Shown piece by piece: positions 1 through 10,010 of a DNA stretch of 64,000 nt (positions within the stretch are counted from its first letter, which is position 1; each line of letters starts with the position of its first letter). Where the stretch lies: positions 1-64,000 of the forward strand of contig JABCTC010000012.1 in the NCBI GenBank assembly GCA_018238545.1, read 5' to 3'. This stretch comes from Candidatus Heimdallarchaeota archaeon (GTDB lineage Archaea > Asgardarchaeota > Heimdallarchaeia > Heimdallarchaeales > Heimdallarchaeaceae). The translations under genes and the position numbers were made by a program. The notes below the pieces were generated by a model, which saw only the letters and a program-made list of their open reading frames with translations, was not told the origin of the DNA and ran no database searches.

Positions 1-2
1 GT

Positions 3-1244
3 GCAGAGCGTATAGAAGTGGAGTATCATCCAGCACTGAGCAGAATCTGTCATCAAGCAAAAAATCTCTATAATCGAGCAAATTTTCTGATAAAAACTTC
101 TTTGAAACAAACAAACAAACTTTTCTTTTACTACGATCTTGACAGACAATTGAAACAGGAGGAGTGCTACAGAGTCCTCCCTGCTCATGTTGCACAACAG
201 ACACTCAAACTTCTTTCTAGAACATGGAAGAGCTATTTCCGAGCTAAACAAGAGTGGAAGAGGAAACCTTATCTGTTCTTTGCCATGCCTAATCCACCTA
301 ACTACAAAAAGAAGGATGGGGAAGTGGTAGCTATCTTCACCAATCAACAGGCGAAGATAGTCAATGGATGGTTAGTGTTACCTAAGAAAGTAAAGTACAC
401 CTACAAGACAAGACTGACAGCTCAAGCTGAATTACGGGAAGTAAGGGTCATTCCTCGAAGAACACATTACACCCTTGAAATTGTTTATCTGAAGAATATA
501 CCCAATCTCAGGAAGAAGATAACCAGAAAAGGAGCAGTCGATCTAGGGCTGATCAACCTTGCCGCTTTCGTGGATAACCTCGGAGGTCAACCGATTGTTA
601 TCAAAGACGCAGGGAAAGGGATAAAATCCATTACACAATATTATTTGAAAGAACAGAAAAAATTACAGATACAGTATAATCAGCAGCAGAGAAAACAATT
701 GCAATCGAATAATCGTTTAAAGTATGGCCCAGCTTACTATAAGCTCAAAGAAAAGTGGAGAAGAAAGCTAAACGATGCCATTCACCAATTAACCAAGTAT
801 CTGGTTGACTTATGGGTAGAACGAGGGCTACATGAAGTAGTGATAGGGTATAATGAACTATGGAAACAAGGGGTGCATTTCTGGAAGAAGACCACCCAGA
901 TGTTCGTCACCATCCCCTTCCTAAAAATCATCGATATGCTAAAATACAAAGGAACAGAACGAGGGATAAAAGTGGAAACCATCCCTGAACAATACACCTC
1001 TAAAAGCAGTTTCCTGGATAATGAGTTCCCTAAAAAACGGAAAAAGTACAAGGGGAAAAGGATCCACAGGGGGCTGTTTCGTTCTGCTGCTGGTCACTTG
1101 ATCAATGCTGATATTAATGCTGCATATAATATTCTGGTAAAAAGCGATCCGAAAGCCTTGCCTAAACGCAGGGCGAACGGGGTAGGAGGATACGTGATGT
1201 ATCCACTAAGAGTGAGTATAGAGTGTCTTCGCCCTATATCATGA
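3..1244 (+). CDS. tnpB: TnpB RNA-guided endonuclease (IS200/IS605-IS607 superfamily), 5'-partial
   Basis: KNLYN N-terminal motif, RuvC-I AVDLG, RuvC-II position VVIG with downstream EQYTSK, KRIHRGLF and RuvC-III NADINAAYNI. Frame is open to the window edge (AERIEV precedes the tracked GTG at 18). Confidence 0.93.
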   Translation, partial: AERIEVEYHPALSRICHQAKNLYNRANFLIKTSLKQTNKLFFYYDLDRQLKQEECYRVLPAHVAQQTLKLLSRTWKSYFRAKQEWKRKPYLFFAMPNPPNYKKKDGEVVAIFTNQQAKIVNGWLVLPKKVKYTYKTRLTAQAELREVRVIPRRTHYTLEIVYLKNIPNLRKKITRKGAVDLGLINLAAFVDNLGGQPIVIKDAGKGIKSITQYYLKEQKKLQIQYNQQQRKQLQSNNRLKYGPAYYKLKEKWRRKLNDAIHQLTKYLVDLWVERGLHEVVIGYNELWKQGVHFWKKTTQMFVTIPFLKIIDMLKYKGTERGIKVETIPEQYTSKSSFLDNEFPKKRKKYKGKRIHRGLFRSAAGHLINADINAAYNILVKSDPKALPKRRANGVGGYVMYPLRVSIECLRPIS

Positions 1245-1314
1245 ACTCTAAGCACGACATGTACCTAGCTTTGTCTAATAAGACAAGAAGGCAAATAAGC
1301 ATCATTAGAACATT
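1150..1314 (+). ncRNA. Putative omegaRNA (reRNA) scaffold overlapping the tnpB 3' end
   Basis: Complementary segments AGGGCGAA 1170-1177/TTCGCCCT 1228-1235, GGATAC 1188-1193/GTATCC 1199-1204, TAGAGT 1219-1224/ACTCTA 1245-1250, TTGTCT 1271-1276/AGACAA 1281-1286. Position is the one expected for a TnpB guide scaffold; ends uncertain. Confidence 0.55.
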
Positions 1315-1347
1315 TTCCCTTAAAATTATTAAATCTGACTCACAATT

Positions 1348-1545
1348 TCATGCATCTTCTAGTTCTTCAAATTCTAGACGGAAATGAGTTGAACTAAGAA
1401 ATCGTTCAGGGTCTTTTTTGAATTCTTTTAAACAAGGTTTATCACAGAAGTAAAGTTTCTTACCTTTATGAACTGTTGAAACCTCAGAATTGGGACGATC
1501 AGCAGCACAGCAAGTAAATTTACCTTCAGATTGTGTTAAATTCAT
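1348..1545 (-). CDS. YHS/TRASH-domain small metal-binding protein
   Basis: HKGKKLYFCDKPCLKEFKKDPERF matches the YHS pattern G+xYYFCSxxCxxxFxxdPexY. Confidence 0.8.
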   Translation of the reverse strand: MNLTQSEGKFTCCAADRPNSEVSTVHKGKKLYFCDKPCLKEFKKDPERFLSSTHFRLEFEELEDA

Positions 1546-1728
1546 CTTAGATAATTATATCTTATTGACATTATTTATACTTGTGAAAGAACAAAAATGT
1601 CAATATCTGTAGCATTGAAATTCACTTGTTTACTTAATTTTCCCCTTAAACTGCAATTGAGGGCTTTGATTTTGTAAAAATAATATTCTTTTTTGACAAA
1701 TAGATTAAAAAGTTAATTTGCACTAAGT

Positions 1729-2031
1729 ATGTCTATGAAAGTACTTATCTTTCATTTCAGAAGTAATTTGTCATTTGATGAGGTAATGGAAAAAGCCGAA
1801 GCTAGAGAGAAGCAATATATGAACGTTCCAGGATTGAACCAGATCGTATATATGAAAGACGAAAGAACAGATCAGTATGGGAGCATCCTTTTCTTTGATG
1901 ATGAGGAAGATTTGAACGAATTTCGTGTATCCAACTTAGCAAGAACTTTAAAGGAAGTTTATAGTTCGGTGGGATCACCTGAAATAAGGATTTTTGATGT
2001 TATTAAACAATTATCCCCCTCGGATGAATAA
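1729..2031 (+). CDS. YdhR-like dimeric alpha/beta-barrel protein (putative monooxygenase)
   Basis: VPGLxxxxY...YGSILFFDDEE pattern; 100 aa. Confidence 0.6.
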   Translation: MSMKVLIFHFRSNLSFDEVMEKAEAREKQYMNVPGLNQIVYMKDERTDQYGSILFFDDEEDLNEFRVSNLARTLKEVYSSVGSPEIRIFDVIKQLSPSDE

Positions 2032-2111
2032 AGCTTTCAGAAATCTATTTCATTTTATCTAGCTTATAATTTAGAAGCTTTGGACCCTTCTAGATATATC
2101 TAAGAATAGTA

Positions 2112-3542
2112 TCATTTCGATTCATTATGTAGATTATCTAACTCCAATTTAATTTTCTTTATTTTCTTTCCATGTAAGGGATAGAAGTATAGAGCAATAA
2201 GAGCAAGTACAAGGAAAATAAGAGGTAAAATTCCAACACCAAGTCTTATACCCACTATTGCCTGAGGTGATTGAATATCTAGCTTGGAATTATAACCATA
2301 AAATTGAATTATTGCAGAAAAAACGAATATTATCAGTGAGGATGCTGGTTTGGTGATTAAGGCGTTTGTCCCAAAAAACATCCCATCTCTTCTATTGTTT
2401 GTTTTGAGTTCATCTTCATCAGCGATATCTCCAACCATGGGATTGACTAAAAGCCACCATACTGTTGACATACTTAAACAGACGCCATAACAAATCGACA
2501 TAAAGACAACTGATTGAGCAAAAAATAGACCTGTGAACCCTAGAATCAGTAACACAATTACTAAGAAGAACGTGTGGCGAAGACCTACTTTCTTCTGTAG
2601 TTTCTCAAAAGCAAATAAAATGGGGATATAGAAGACGCCTGTAGCCACCGTAATAATCAAAATCTGAATTTGGTCAAGCTGAAAGACGTACTTGTAGTAT
2701 AAGGGAATAACTGCTAAGAGATTAATTGCAACAGCATTCATCATGAAGGAAAAAATCACAAAAAAGATGAAGGATTTAGATTTGAAAGTTTCTTTGATTG
2801 CTGTCAAGATTGGTAACGGTTCAGCATCCTTATCTTCAAGTGACTTTTCTTTTAGTTTTATTGATCCATAAATCATCAAAATAACTGCTACTAGACCAAT
2901 GGAAATGAAAATCAATGACATATCTACAGTGTTTAGTGTTGAAGAAGTTAGAACAAAGTTTGGTGTCATAGAAGCTAATCCAACAGGGACCATACTAACT
3001 AGCATAGAAATCAACACTATTCTTGTTCGTTCATTTGTACTAGAGGTTTGATCTGTTTGAAGTGCACTAATATTCAAACCTGCGATAGTTAAACCTGTAT
3101 CAAAAATAAAGAGTGAAACAAGTAAGAAAATGAAGAGTGAAATTTGTGACCATTCGGGAGAGGCTAACCAAAACATTAGATAACCAGCAAAATAAAATGG
3201 TATAGATAAACGAATAAAGAAAGATCTTTTCCCTCTTTTGTCCATTCTCTTTTTATCTGACATGTAACCGAATATTGGATCATTAATAGCATTCCATATT
3301 GCGAAGATAATCATTACTATACCATAGTTGATAGGATCCATGTGGAGAATGTCAACATAAAAACCAAACAGGGCTCCCATGAAAATAACACCGAATACGT
3401 CAGAACCAGATTTGGTGAGACCAATATAGATTCGTTGTTGAATAGAAACGCGTTGATCGTTTTCTAATGATTCCCCAGTTAGTTCAGACTTTATATCGCT
3501 CATATCTGTATCTATCAATATTATCGACAATTTCTTTATCAA
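2112..3542 (-). CDS. MFS transporter, glycoside-pentoside-hexuronide (MelB-like) family
   Basis: WNAINDPIFGYMSD, DIADEDELKTNNRRDGMFFG, terminal YPL; about 12 TM segments. Confidence 0.9.
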   Translation of the reverse strand: MIKKLSIILIDTDMSDIKSELTGESLENDQRVSIQQRIYIGLTKSGSDVFGVIFMGALFGFYVDILHMDPINYGIVMIIFAIWNAINDPIFGYMSDKKRMDKRGKRSFFIRLSIPFYFAGYLMFWLASPEWSQISLFIFLLVSLFIFDTGLTIAGLNISALQTDQTSSTNERTRIVLISMLVSMVPVGLASMTPNFVLTSSTLNTVDMSLIFISIGLVAVILMIYGSIKLKEKSLEDKDAEPLPILTAIKETFKSKSFIFFVIFSFMMNAVAINLLAVIPLYYKYVFQLDQIQILIITVATGVFYIPILFAFEKLQKKVGLRHTFFLVIVLLILGFTGLFFAQSVVFMSICYGVCLSMSTVWWLLVNPMVGDIADEDELKTNNRRDGMFFGTNALITKPASSLIIFVFSAIIQFYGYNSKLDIQSPQAIVGIRLGVGILPLIFLVLALIALYFYPLHGKKIKKIKLELDNLHNESK

Positions 3543-3633
3543 TTTTGCTTAAAAATGAAAAGAAAAAAGAGAAAAGGAAAGATTTCCTTTATTAATTCAA
3601 TTTATTGTAGATTACTGAAAAAGAGTTGCTTTT

Positions 3634-3936
3634 TTAATGTTCGTCGCTTTCTAGAGTGATAACTTCGATACTCTCTCGACCTTTTTCTAGTTTTTTGGAG
3701 AGTTCCATATATTTTGGATCATCACGTAGTTTATTGACTGTCTCTTCATAGTGTGATTTGTTTTTATAAAGAGTCATTAGATACATTTCGCGACGATCTT
3801 CAACATTTGTTCCACCACCTAAAACCTGAACATCATGTTTCTGGTAGATCTTGTTAAACTCCGAAAAGCTTTCGTCATAACTAACATCAGTAGTCTTGGT
3901 TTTTGTTTTGTAAAGTTTGTAGTACATGAATGACAT
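3634..3936 (-). CDS. Small NIPSNAP-like dimeric barrel protein
   Basis: 100 aa; KHDVQVLGG...MYLMTLY...DPKY pattern resembles NIPSNAP. Confidence 0.45.
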   Translation of the reverse strand: MSFMYYKLYKTKTKTTDVSYDESFSEFNKIYQKHDVQVLGGGTNVEDRREMYLMTLYKNKSHYEETVNKLRDDPKYMELSKKLEKGRESIEVITLESDEH

Positions 3937-4009
3937 ATAGGAAGCAGCTTTTTAAAGAGAAGTTTATTACCAAACTCTGATTAACGCTACTCATAAATGG
4001 AATGCCTCT

Positions 4010-5467
4010 TCAGAACTCGTTGAACACCCACTTTGGAACACTTGGTTTTACTTCCGCTGGTATTGGACATTCATAGTTGTTAGAATCTAACCTGTTTACT
4101 AATTCATTTTTAGCTTCTTCTATCAGCTCTGATTTTTCTATAAATTCTAAAGCTGTTAATGCCAATACTTTAGCTGCAACTATCATCCCTTTGTGACCTG
4201 CACTCGTAGTGACTTGGGTTACTTCTTGCCAAGAATGACCAGGTGTTCCTAACGCAACGCAGGTTACTCCGATTTGTGATGTTGGTACAACCCAACTCAC
4301 ATCTCCTACATCTGTTGAACCAGGAAGAACAATTTCGGGAATCTTATTAGGTAAAATATCTTCAAATAAAACATCATTCTTTATTTTATCAAACATCTCT
4401 TTTCCTAAAATATTTTTAAAATTGGCAAACATTGATACTTCGGATCTTTCATTAGTTGCGAACGAAGCTTGAATATCCTCTCCGAAACTAATTTCTTCTT
4501 CAGTAAATTGTGGGGGTCCTACTTCTATGAATTTGTCAAATAAAACTGAGCCAATAATATTGTTCGGAATTAAATTAGATGTTGCTTTATCAAGAATAAC
4601 CTCAACTTCTGTTTCCGTCATCATTGCTGCACCTTGAGCTACTTTGATTACTCTTTCGTAAATCTCCTTAGTATGTTGATTTGTTGGAGCTCTGACTAAA
4701 TACAACACTTCTGCATCAGCTTGGACGACATTTGGAGCATTTCCACCTGTGTTTGTTATAGCATAATGCAACCTTGCATCTGAGTCTATATGTTCCCTTA
4801 GATAATTTGCACCTACATTCATGAGTTCAACAGCATCAAGAGCTGATCTACCAAATTGAGGACCAGCTGCTGCATGAGCACTTATCCCTTTAAAACGGAA
4901 ATAAGCTTGGATATTGGACAGACTCGCTAGATTGAATATAAAATTAGTACTGAAAGGGTGCCAACAAAGAGCAATGTCAACATCAGTAAACAACCCATCT
5001 CTTACCATATATGTCTTACCAGATCCACCTTCCTCACCTGGACAACCATAATATCTAATTGTACCTTCTAGATTATTTTTTTCTAAATATCTTTTTACTG
5101 AAATAGCTGCTAATAAACTACCTACACCAAGTAGATTGTGACCACACCCGTGACCGTGACCGTTTGGAATTATAGGCTCTTTTTCACATGTATTTGGTTT
5201 TTGACTTAGTCCTGCCAAGGCATCATACTCGCCTAATAATGCAATTACTGGACCTTCCTTTCCATAAGTGCCAATAAATGCTGTAGGCATATCAGCTAAT
5301 CCTTTGGAAACTTCGAATCCTTCTTCTTCTAAAACCTTCATTTGTAATTTTGCAGATTTTACTTCTTCAAAGCGTATTTCTGCAAATTCCCAGATGTCAT
5401 TTGCCATCTTAATGAATCTCTCTTTGTTCTCTTCTATCCAATTAAGTATAGTTTCTGATTTTACCAT
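4010..5467 (-). CDS. abgB: M20 amidohydrolase, p-aminobenzoyl-glutamate hydrolase subunit B-like
   Basis: LGEYDALAGLSQ, GHGCGHNLLG, GCPGEEGGSGK, GRSALDAVELM, GSTDVGDVSW, HSWQ. Confidence 0.92.
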   Translation of the reverse strand: MVKSETILNWIEENKERFIKMANDIWEFAEIRFEEVKSAKLQMKVLEEEGFEVSKGLADMPTAFIGTYGKEGPVIALLGEYDALAGLSQKPNTCEKEPIIPNGHGHGCGHNLLGVGSLLAAISVKRYLEKNNLEGTIRYYGCPGEEGGSGKTYMVRDGLFTDVDIALCWHPFSTNFIFNLASLSNIQAYFRFKGISAHAAAGPQFGRSALDAVELMNVGANYLREHIDSDARLHYAITNTGGNAPNVVQADAEVLYLVRAPTNQHTKEIYERVIKVAQGAAMMTETEVEVILDKATSNLIPNNIIGSVLFDKFIEVGPPQFTEEEISFGEDIQASFATNERSEVSMFANFKNILGKEMFDKIKNDVLFEDILPNKIPEIVLPGSTDVGDVSWVVPTSQIGVTCVALGTPGHSWQEVTQVTTSAGHKGMIVAAKVLALTALEFIEKSELIEEAKNELVNRLDSNNYECPIPAEVKPSVPKWVFNEF

Positions 5468-5519
5468 TTCTAGAACCTAGGAGAAAAGAACAATGAGCTG
5501 TTTTAATCTTTTCTAGAAT

Positions 5520-6296
5520 TCAAAGTTTGTTTAAAGCTTTCTGGACTCGACTCTCAATAAATTTTGCAAGCAAATTTTTTGAAAGTGGTATATTCGCATC
5601 ACAGTAAAAATCTGATTCCAACCAACCTTTCTCTTTCCAATGCTCATAATCCAAAGGAAGCTCTTTTTTAGCAAAGGTTATCATTACACGCATAATGCGA
5701 AAATAGGATAAATCATACAAACCAAGTTTAGGTTTTTGATTTTTCAAGACCTTAGTATGGATCTCTTTACTAAGTTTCTTGATTTCTTTTGCTATTGGTT
5801 CAGGATCTCTTTCATGGAGAGACATTCTAACTATCAACCTACCAATTGGAAAGCATACCCACCTTCGAGCAACATTGTCTAAATAGTCAAGTGTTTCTTT
5901 TCCTCCCGAATATTTTGTTGTAGCAAGTAGGAATGAATGCTTATCAAATAACCATGGACGATGCATAAAGTATACCATTCTATCAATAAAATTCTTCATG
6001 ATTCCACTAATGAAATCACAGTAAACAGGTGTGGCAAAGAATAATACGTCAGCTTTTGACATTTTGTTAATAATTTCTTCTACATCTGCAAAATTTGGAC
6101 ACTTTCCTATACCGTGGATGAGACATAGCTCACAACCTCTACAAAACTCAATTTTGTGCAGAAAAGCGTACTCCATAGTAAAGTTATATTTTTCCAGTTC
6201 ACTCTCAAACATCTTAAGAATATTATATGCACTCTTCTTTCTACTAGTTCCAATCAGTGCTAAAATTGTCTTGTTGACAGTCATCTTATCCCTCAA
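5520..6296 (-). CDS. Flavodoxin-family iron-sulfur flavoprotein / NADPH-dependent FMN reductase
   Basis: GTSRKK, CRGCELC...C cluster motif, ATPVY, MKNFIDR. Confidence 0.85.
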   Translation of the reverse strand: MRDKMTVNKTILALIGTSRKKSAYNILKMFESELEKYNFTMEYAFLHKIEFCRGCELCLIHGIGKCPNFADVEEIINKMSKADVLFFATPVYCDFISGIMKNFIDRMVYFMHRPWLFDKHSFLLATTKYSGGKETLDYLDNVARRWVCFPIGRLIVRMSLHERDPEPIAKEIKKLSKEIHTKVLKNQKPKLGLYDLSYFRIMRVMITFAKKELPLDYEHWKEKGWLESDFYCDANIPLSKNLLAKFIESRVQKALNKL

Positions 6297-6504
6297 TTCT
6301 ATAACTAATAGCTATGGAAAAATAGGTTAATAACTTTTTACCCATATTTTGATAATATCATCTAAAAGGGCATCTTCTTGGAAAGGCGTTAGACAGCTAG
6401 CGTGGTTCTACACTTATTTTACAGATGTTAAACAATCTTTTAACAAGATCACTATCTTACAAGTATGTGAATAAACTCTTTCAGATATAAAGAATTATAC
6501 TCGT

Positions 6505-6557
6505 TAAATCTATAACCCTTTGACGCAAGGAATTAGTCCTGAGCTGATTTTTGTTTT
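6505..6557. repeat. Direct repeat copy 1 (53 bp; duplicated 3' end and downstream flank of the FG-GAP gene)
   Basis: TAAATCTATAACCCTTTGACGCAAGGAATTAGTCCTGAGCTGATTTTTGTTTT differs from 7184-7236 at 2 positions; minus strand reads KQKSAQD-stop. Confidence 0.9.
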
Positions 6558-6785
6558 ACTAGTTTCTTAAATGGTTGATGTTTTTGGAGTGGGAGAAGAG
6601 CTAATAGATGTGAAATTTAATATAATCTCTCAGTATAAGTTATCTTCGAAGAGATTGAACCTACTATAATGGTGAATTTAATAAAAAAAGAATAAGTCTA
6701 AGAGTCTTTTTCTATTGAAAACTCTTTTTGACTCTTATTTTCTTGAGACAGCTTCTTTAACGTTTTAAGAGCGGAAAAAGACGAT

Positions 6786-7160
6786 CTAGGTCCAAAAATT
6801 TGCATCAACGGAAGAATTCCTAAAAAACTCAAAGTAAGCAAGGAGAACTAATATTGGAAACTCAATAATAAAAGCGATTATCATGTAAAGAATATCCCTT
6901 TTTTTAGTTATGAGATAAGATACAAGAATCACTAAAAGATATAGAATTAGTACACTCCTAGCAAACATTTGTGCTTCAAAGGCATAACTCTCCTGAAAAC
7001 CTGCGAAAAGGAGCATTGCTAAGAAGAAAATAGGTAGCAATAAATGTTGGAATAAGCTGTATGTCGAGTGTTGTTTTGTATGTAATAAAATATGTAGTCT
7101 TGTGGTGTATTCCACATCTTGCTCTGGCATTTCTTCTTCATCTACTATATTTTTATTCAT
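6786..7160 (-). CDS. Hypothetical membrane protein (about 3 TM)
   Basis: 124-aa ORF with ATG start and three hydrophobic stretches. Confidence 0.65.
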   Translation of the reverse strand: MNKNIVDEEEMPEQDVEYTTRLHILLHTKQHSTYSLFQHLLLPIFFLAMLLFAGFQESYAFEAQMFARSVLILYLLVILVSYLITKKRDILYMIIAFIIEFPILVLLAYFEFFRNSSVDANFWT

Positions 7161-7183
7161 TTAAATATCAGCTCCATTCCTTA

Positions 7184-7236
7184 TAAATCTATAACCCTTT
7201 GACGCAAAGAATTAGTCTTGAGCTGATTTTTGTTTT
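7184..7236. repeat. Direct repeat copy 2
   Basis: Near-identical to 6505-6557; spans the FG-GAP gene stop codon. Confidence 0.9.
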
Positions 7237-8969
7237 GCTTGTTTTTTGAATATTTGATATTTTGAGGGAAGATGTTTGTAGATAAAAACATAAGTGAGCA
7301 CAGGAACAGCTAACCATAGAGGGAGTAAATATAATCCAAAGAGTTTAGCCCAATTATCCCACTTCAATGGGTCATGACCATTTTCTATTTCCCACCCATC
7401 TAATAAACCATCTCTGTCTGTATCTGCAGTGAAGAGCGAAGTGTGGTGGATTTTAGCTTCTTCATAATTGGTTAATCCATCACTATCTTTGTCTTCATCA
7501 GCGTCATCAATAAGCGGGTCAAGTCCCACTTGCACTTCCCAACCATCAACAAAACCGTCTCCATCGGTGTCATCATCAGTATGGTTAGTTTGGTAAAATT
7601 CTTCTGTTAAATCATCTAGGTAATCTCCATCAGAGTCCATCCAACCTGTATGATATGCGGAACCCAAGAAACTAGGCCATGGCGCAATATTGCCTTGAAT
7701 ACATATTCTGGAATTTAGAGGTTTTAGCGAGAAACTATAAATGTTGAAATCATAGCTACCGACAAGAATCTCAAGAATACCGTCTCCATCCAAATCTGCA
7801 ATAGCTGGGGTTCCACCTACAGTATCTCCTACAATGTACTTTCTTAGCAATTGTCCATTATAATCTAAACAATAGAGGTTGCCATCAAAAGCACCTGTCA
7901 CTACTTCGAGAACATTGTCATTATCTAAATCTACTATACATGCTGAATGCGAAGAGCCACCTTCAGTTTTAAAACACCAGCTTATGGATCCATTATGTTT
8001 AAAACAGTAAAGACCACTATCTGTTGCACATGTTTCCATTAATACTTCTAGGAAACCGTCATTATCAAGATCCCCTATACTCGGTTCTGATACAACACTA
8101 CAAGGTAAAGTATAATTCCACTTGAGATGTCCTTCATGAGTTAGACAATAGGCGTTATTGTCCCAAGACCCAAAGAGGATATCCAATAAGCCATCGTTGT
8201 CTAGGTCAGCTATTGCTGGAGATCCAGTTACTACCCCCCTAGCAAAAAATCTCCAGATCCCTACACCTGTTGCATTAACACAATAAAGGTAGCCATCCCA
8301 TGATCCAAAAAGTGTTTCAAGATATCCATCGTTGTCTAAATCTGCAACACAAGGAGTGGAAAAAATAGCGTTACCTGTAGTATAATTCCATTTGTGTTTT
8401 CCCTTATAATCAATACAATATAGTTTAGAATCTTCAGACCCTATAAGAATCTCAAAAAATCCATCATTATCAATATCTGCAATAGTTGCAGAAGAACCAA
8501 TATTTTTTCTGATTCTATATGCCCATTCAAGTTCCCCCTCATGACTGATACAATAAACATTATTGTCTTGACTGCCAAAAACTATTTCTGATGTACCATC
8601 ACCATCTAGATCAGCAATTGCAGGTGAGGACCAGATGTTAGAACCAGTAGTGAAAAACCATCTTAGTGATCCATCATAGTTTAAACAGTAGAGATTTCTA
8701 TCACGAGAGGTAATAAGAACTTCTATGAGTCCATCTCCATTTAGATCTGCAACTGTAGGACTTGATTGAATAAGATTTGAGGTTGTATAAGTCCATTTCA
8801 AACCAATACTGGTAATATAGGCTTGTGTTGCAGGATTAGAGGGGGGTGTAAAAGGTAATAAAAATGGTGCATTTAATACACTTGAAAAAACAACTACAAT
8901 GATAACAATCGATACGAATTTTTTCGGTTGCACAACCTCAACTCCTTCATGTAATTTCTCCACTCTCAA
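7212..8969 (-). CDS. Membrane-anchored FG-GAP/PQQ-like beta-propeller surface protein with Ca-binding DxDxDG repeats
   Basis: About eight SSPAIADLDxDGxxEILxGSxDxxxYC repeats, then DSDGDYL/DTDGDGF/DKDSDGL/DTDRDGL repeats; N-terminal hydrophobic segment and C-terminal TM helix. Confidence 0.88.
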   Translation of the reverse strand: MRVEKLHEGVEVVQPKKFVSIVIIVVVFSSVLNAPFLLPFTPPSNPATQAYITSIGLKWTYTTSNLIQSSPTVADLNGDGLIEVLITSRDRNLYCLNYDGSLRWFFTTGSNIWSSPAIADLDGDGTSEIVFGSQDNNVYCISHEGELEWAYRIRKNIGSSATIADIDNDGFFEILIGSEDSKLYCIDYKGKHKWNYTTGNAIFSTPCVADLDNDGYLETLFGSWDGYLYCVNATGVGIWRFFARGVVTGSPAIADLDNDGLLDILFGSWDNNAYCLTHEGHLKWNYTLPCSVVSEPSIGDLDNDGFLEVLMETCATDSGLYCFKHNGSISWCFKTEGGSSHSACIVDLDNDNVLEVVTGAFDGNLYCLDYNGQLLRKYIVGDTVGGTPAIADLDGDGILEILVGSYDFNIYSFSLKPLNSRICIQGNIAPWPSFLGSAYHTGWMDSDGDYLDDLTEEFYQTNHTDDDTDGDGFVDGWEVQVGLDPLIDDADEDKDSDGLTNYEEAKIHHTSLFTADTDRDGLLDGWEIENGHDPLKWDNWAKLFGLYLLPLWLAVPVLTYVFIYKHLPSKYQIFKKQAKQKSAQD

Positions 8970-9089
8970 ACGTGATGGTTTTCTTTCTATTTAATATTTA
9001 TCCAATTTATAGAGACTTTTTCCCATACAGCAACTCACTTCTCAGTATTAAAACAACTAAAAGAGCATAACTTCTAATAAGGTATCTTC

Positions 9090-9869
9090 TTGGATGATTT
9101 TATGTTACCTGAAAATGAGCAAATGGTTCTTCACGCAGGAACAAATCAAGGAACAGCTTCTATAATCGCTCTAATTCCAGAACAAAAAATAGGCGTAATA
9201 TTATATTCCAATTCAGAAGAATTTATTGATCCATCAAAAAGCTTAGCTCTAGAAATATTGAGTATAATGCACGAAACCAAAACTGGATTGAAAAAACAAA
9301 TAGATGATTATGAATTCCACGAAGTAGACTCAACTATTTTACAGAGTTATGTTGGAGAATACGCTATTGAAGGAGATATAGCGGAAATATATCTTACTTC
9401 AGCAGGTAATCTCAAAATCAGTTATCAAGGTGCAAATATGGATCTAGATTCCCTAAATGATAGTACATTTGTAGCGTCACATTGGTTTCTTAATGTAGGA
9501 GATATCAAGGTGAAATTTGTTGAAGATTATATGATTGTCACGATTGAAAATGTTGCACACATTATTTGTCCTTCTTATGAAATAAATGAAGAATATATGG
9601 CCAGTTGGTTACCATTCTTAGGTGATTATGAAGCTTGGCAGAGACATTATTCAGTCTATACTGTAAATGAGATCCCTTACAATGTGGTTTTAAAAGTTGA
9701 AGATGATATTTTTGCATTAATTTGGCCTACCAACTTCATTCTTGAACCAATTAGTCAAACAGAATTGATGATCTTAAGCGGACCTTTCGATGGAGAAATC
9801 ATGCAGCTTGATTTGGCATCAGGAGCGATTTATTGGCAAACTAGAGTTTTCATACCAGTAAATATCTAA
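9090..9869 (+). pseudogene. C-terminal fragment of a beta-lactamase-family serine hydrolase
   Basis: Starts just before the HAGTNQG...IPEQKIGVILYSN motif; SxxK and YxN catalytic motifs absent; in-frame stop at 9078-9080. Confidence 0.7.
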
Positions 9870-10010
9870 CTTCTCCTCTTTTTTATTCAAATCCGAATTT
9901 AATACCAGTTAGTTTTTCTATTTTTATCTTTCCTACTTTAAAATTTTAAAGCACAAGTATGATATTTTACTAAATTATTTTTTTTGTACTAAACAAAAAA
10001 AGGTGAAAAT

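Larger units (their letters stand above)
1..1314 (+). mobile_element. TnpB-encoding insertion sequence (right part; transposase, if any, outside the window)
   Basis: tnpB gene, visibly higher GC than the flank, structured 3' end. The right boundary is approximate, placed where composition reverts to AT-rich. Confidence 0.65.

Noticed and set aside
6685-6745. Imperfect inverted repeat downstream of the 124-aa gene
   Set aside because: AT-rich with several mismatches; could be a terminator but is not distinguishable from chance.
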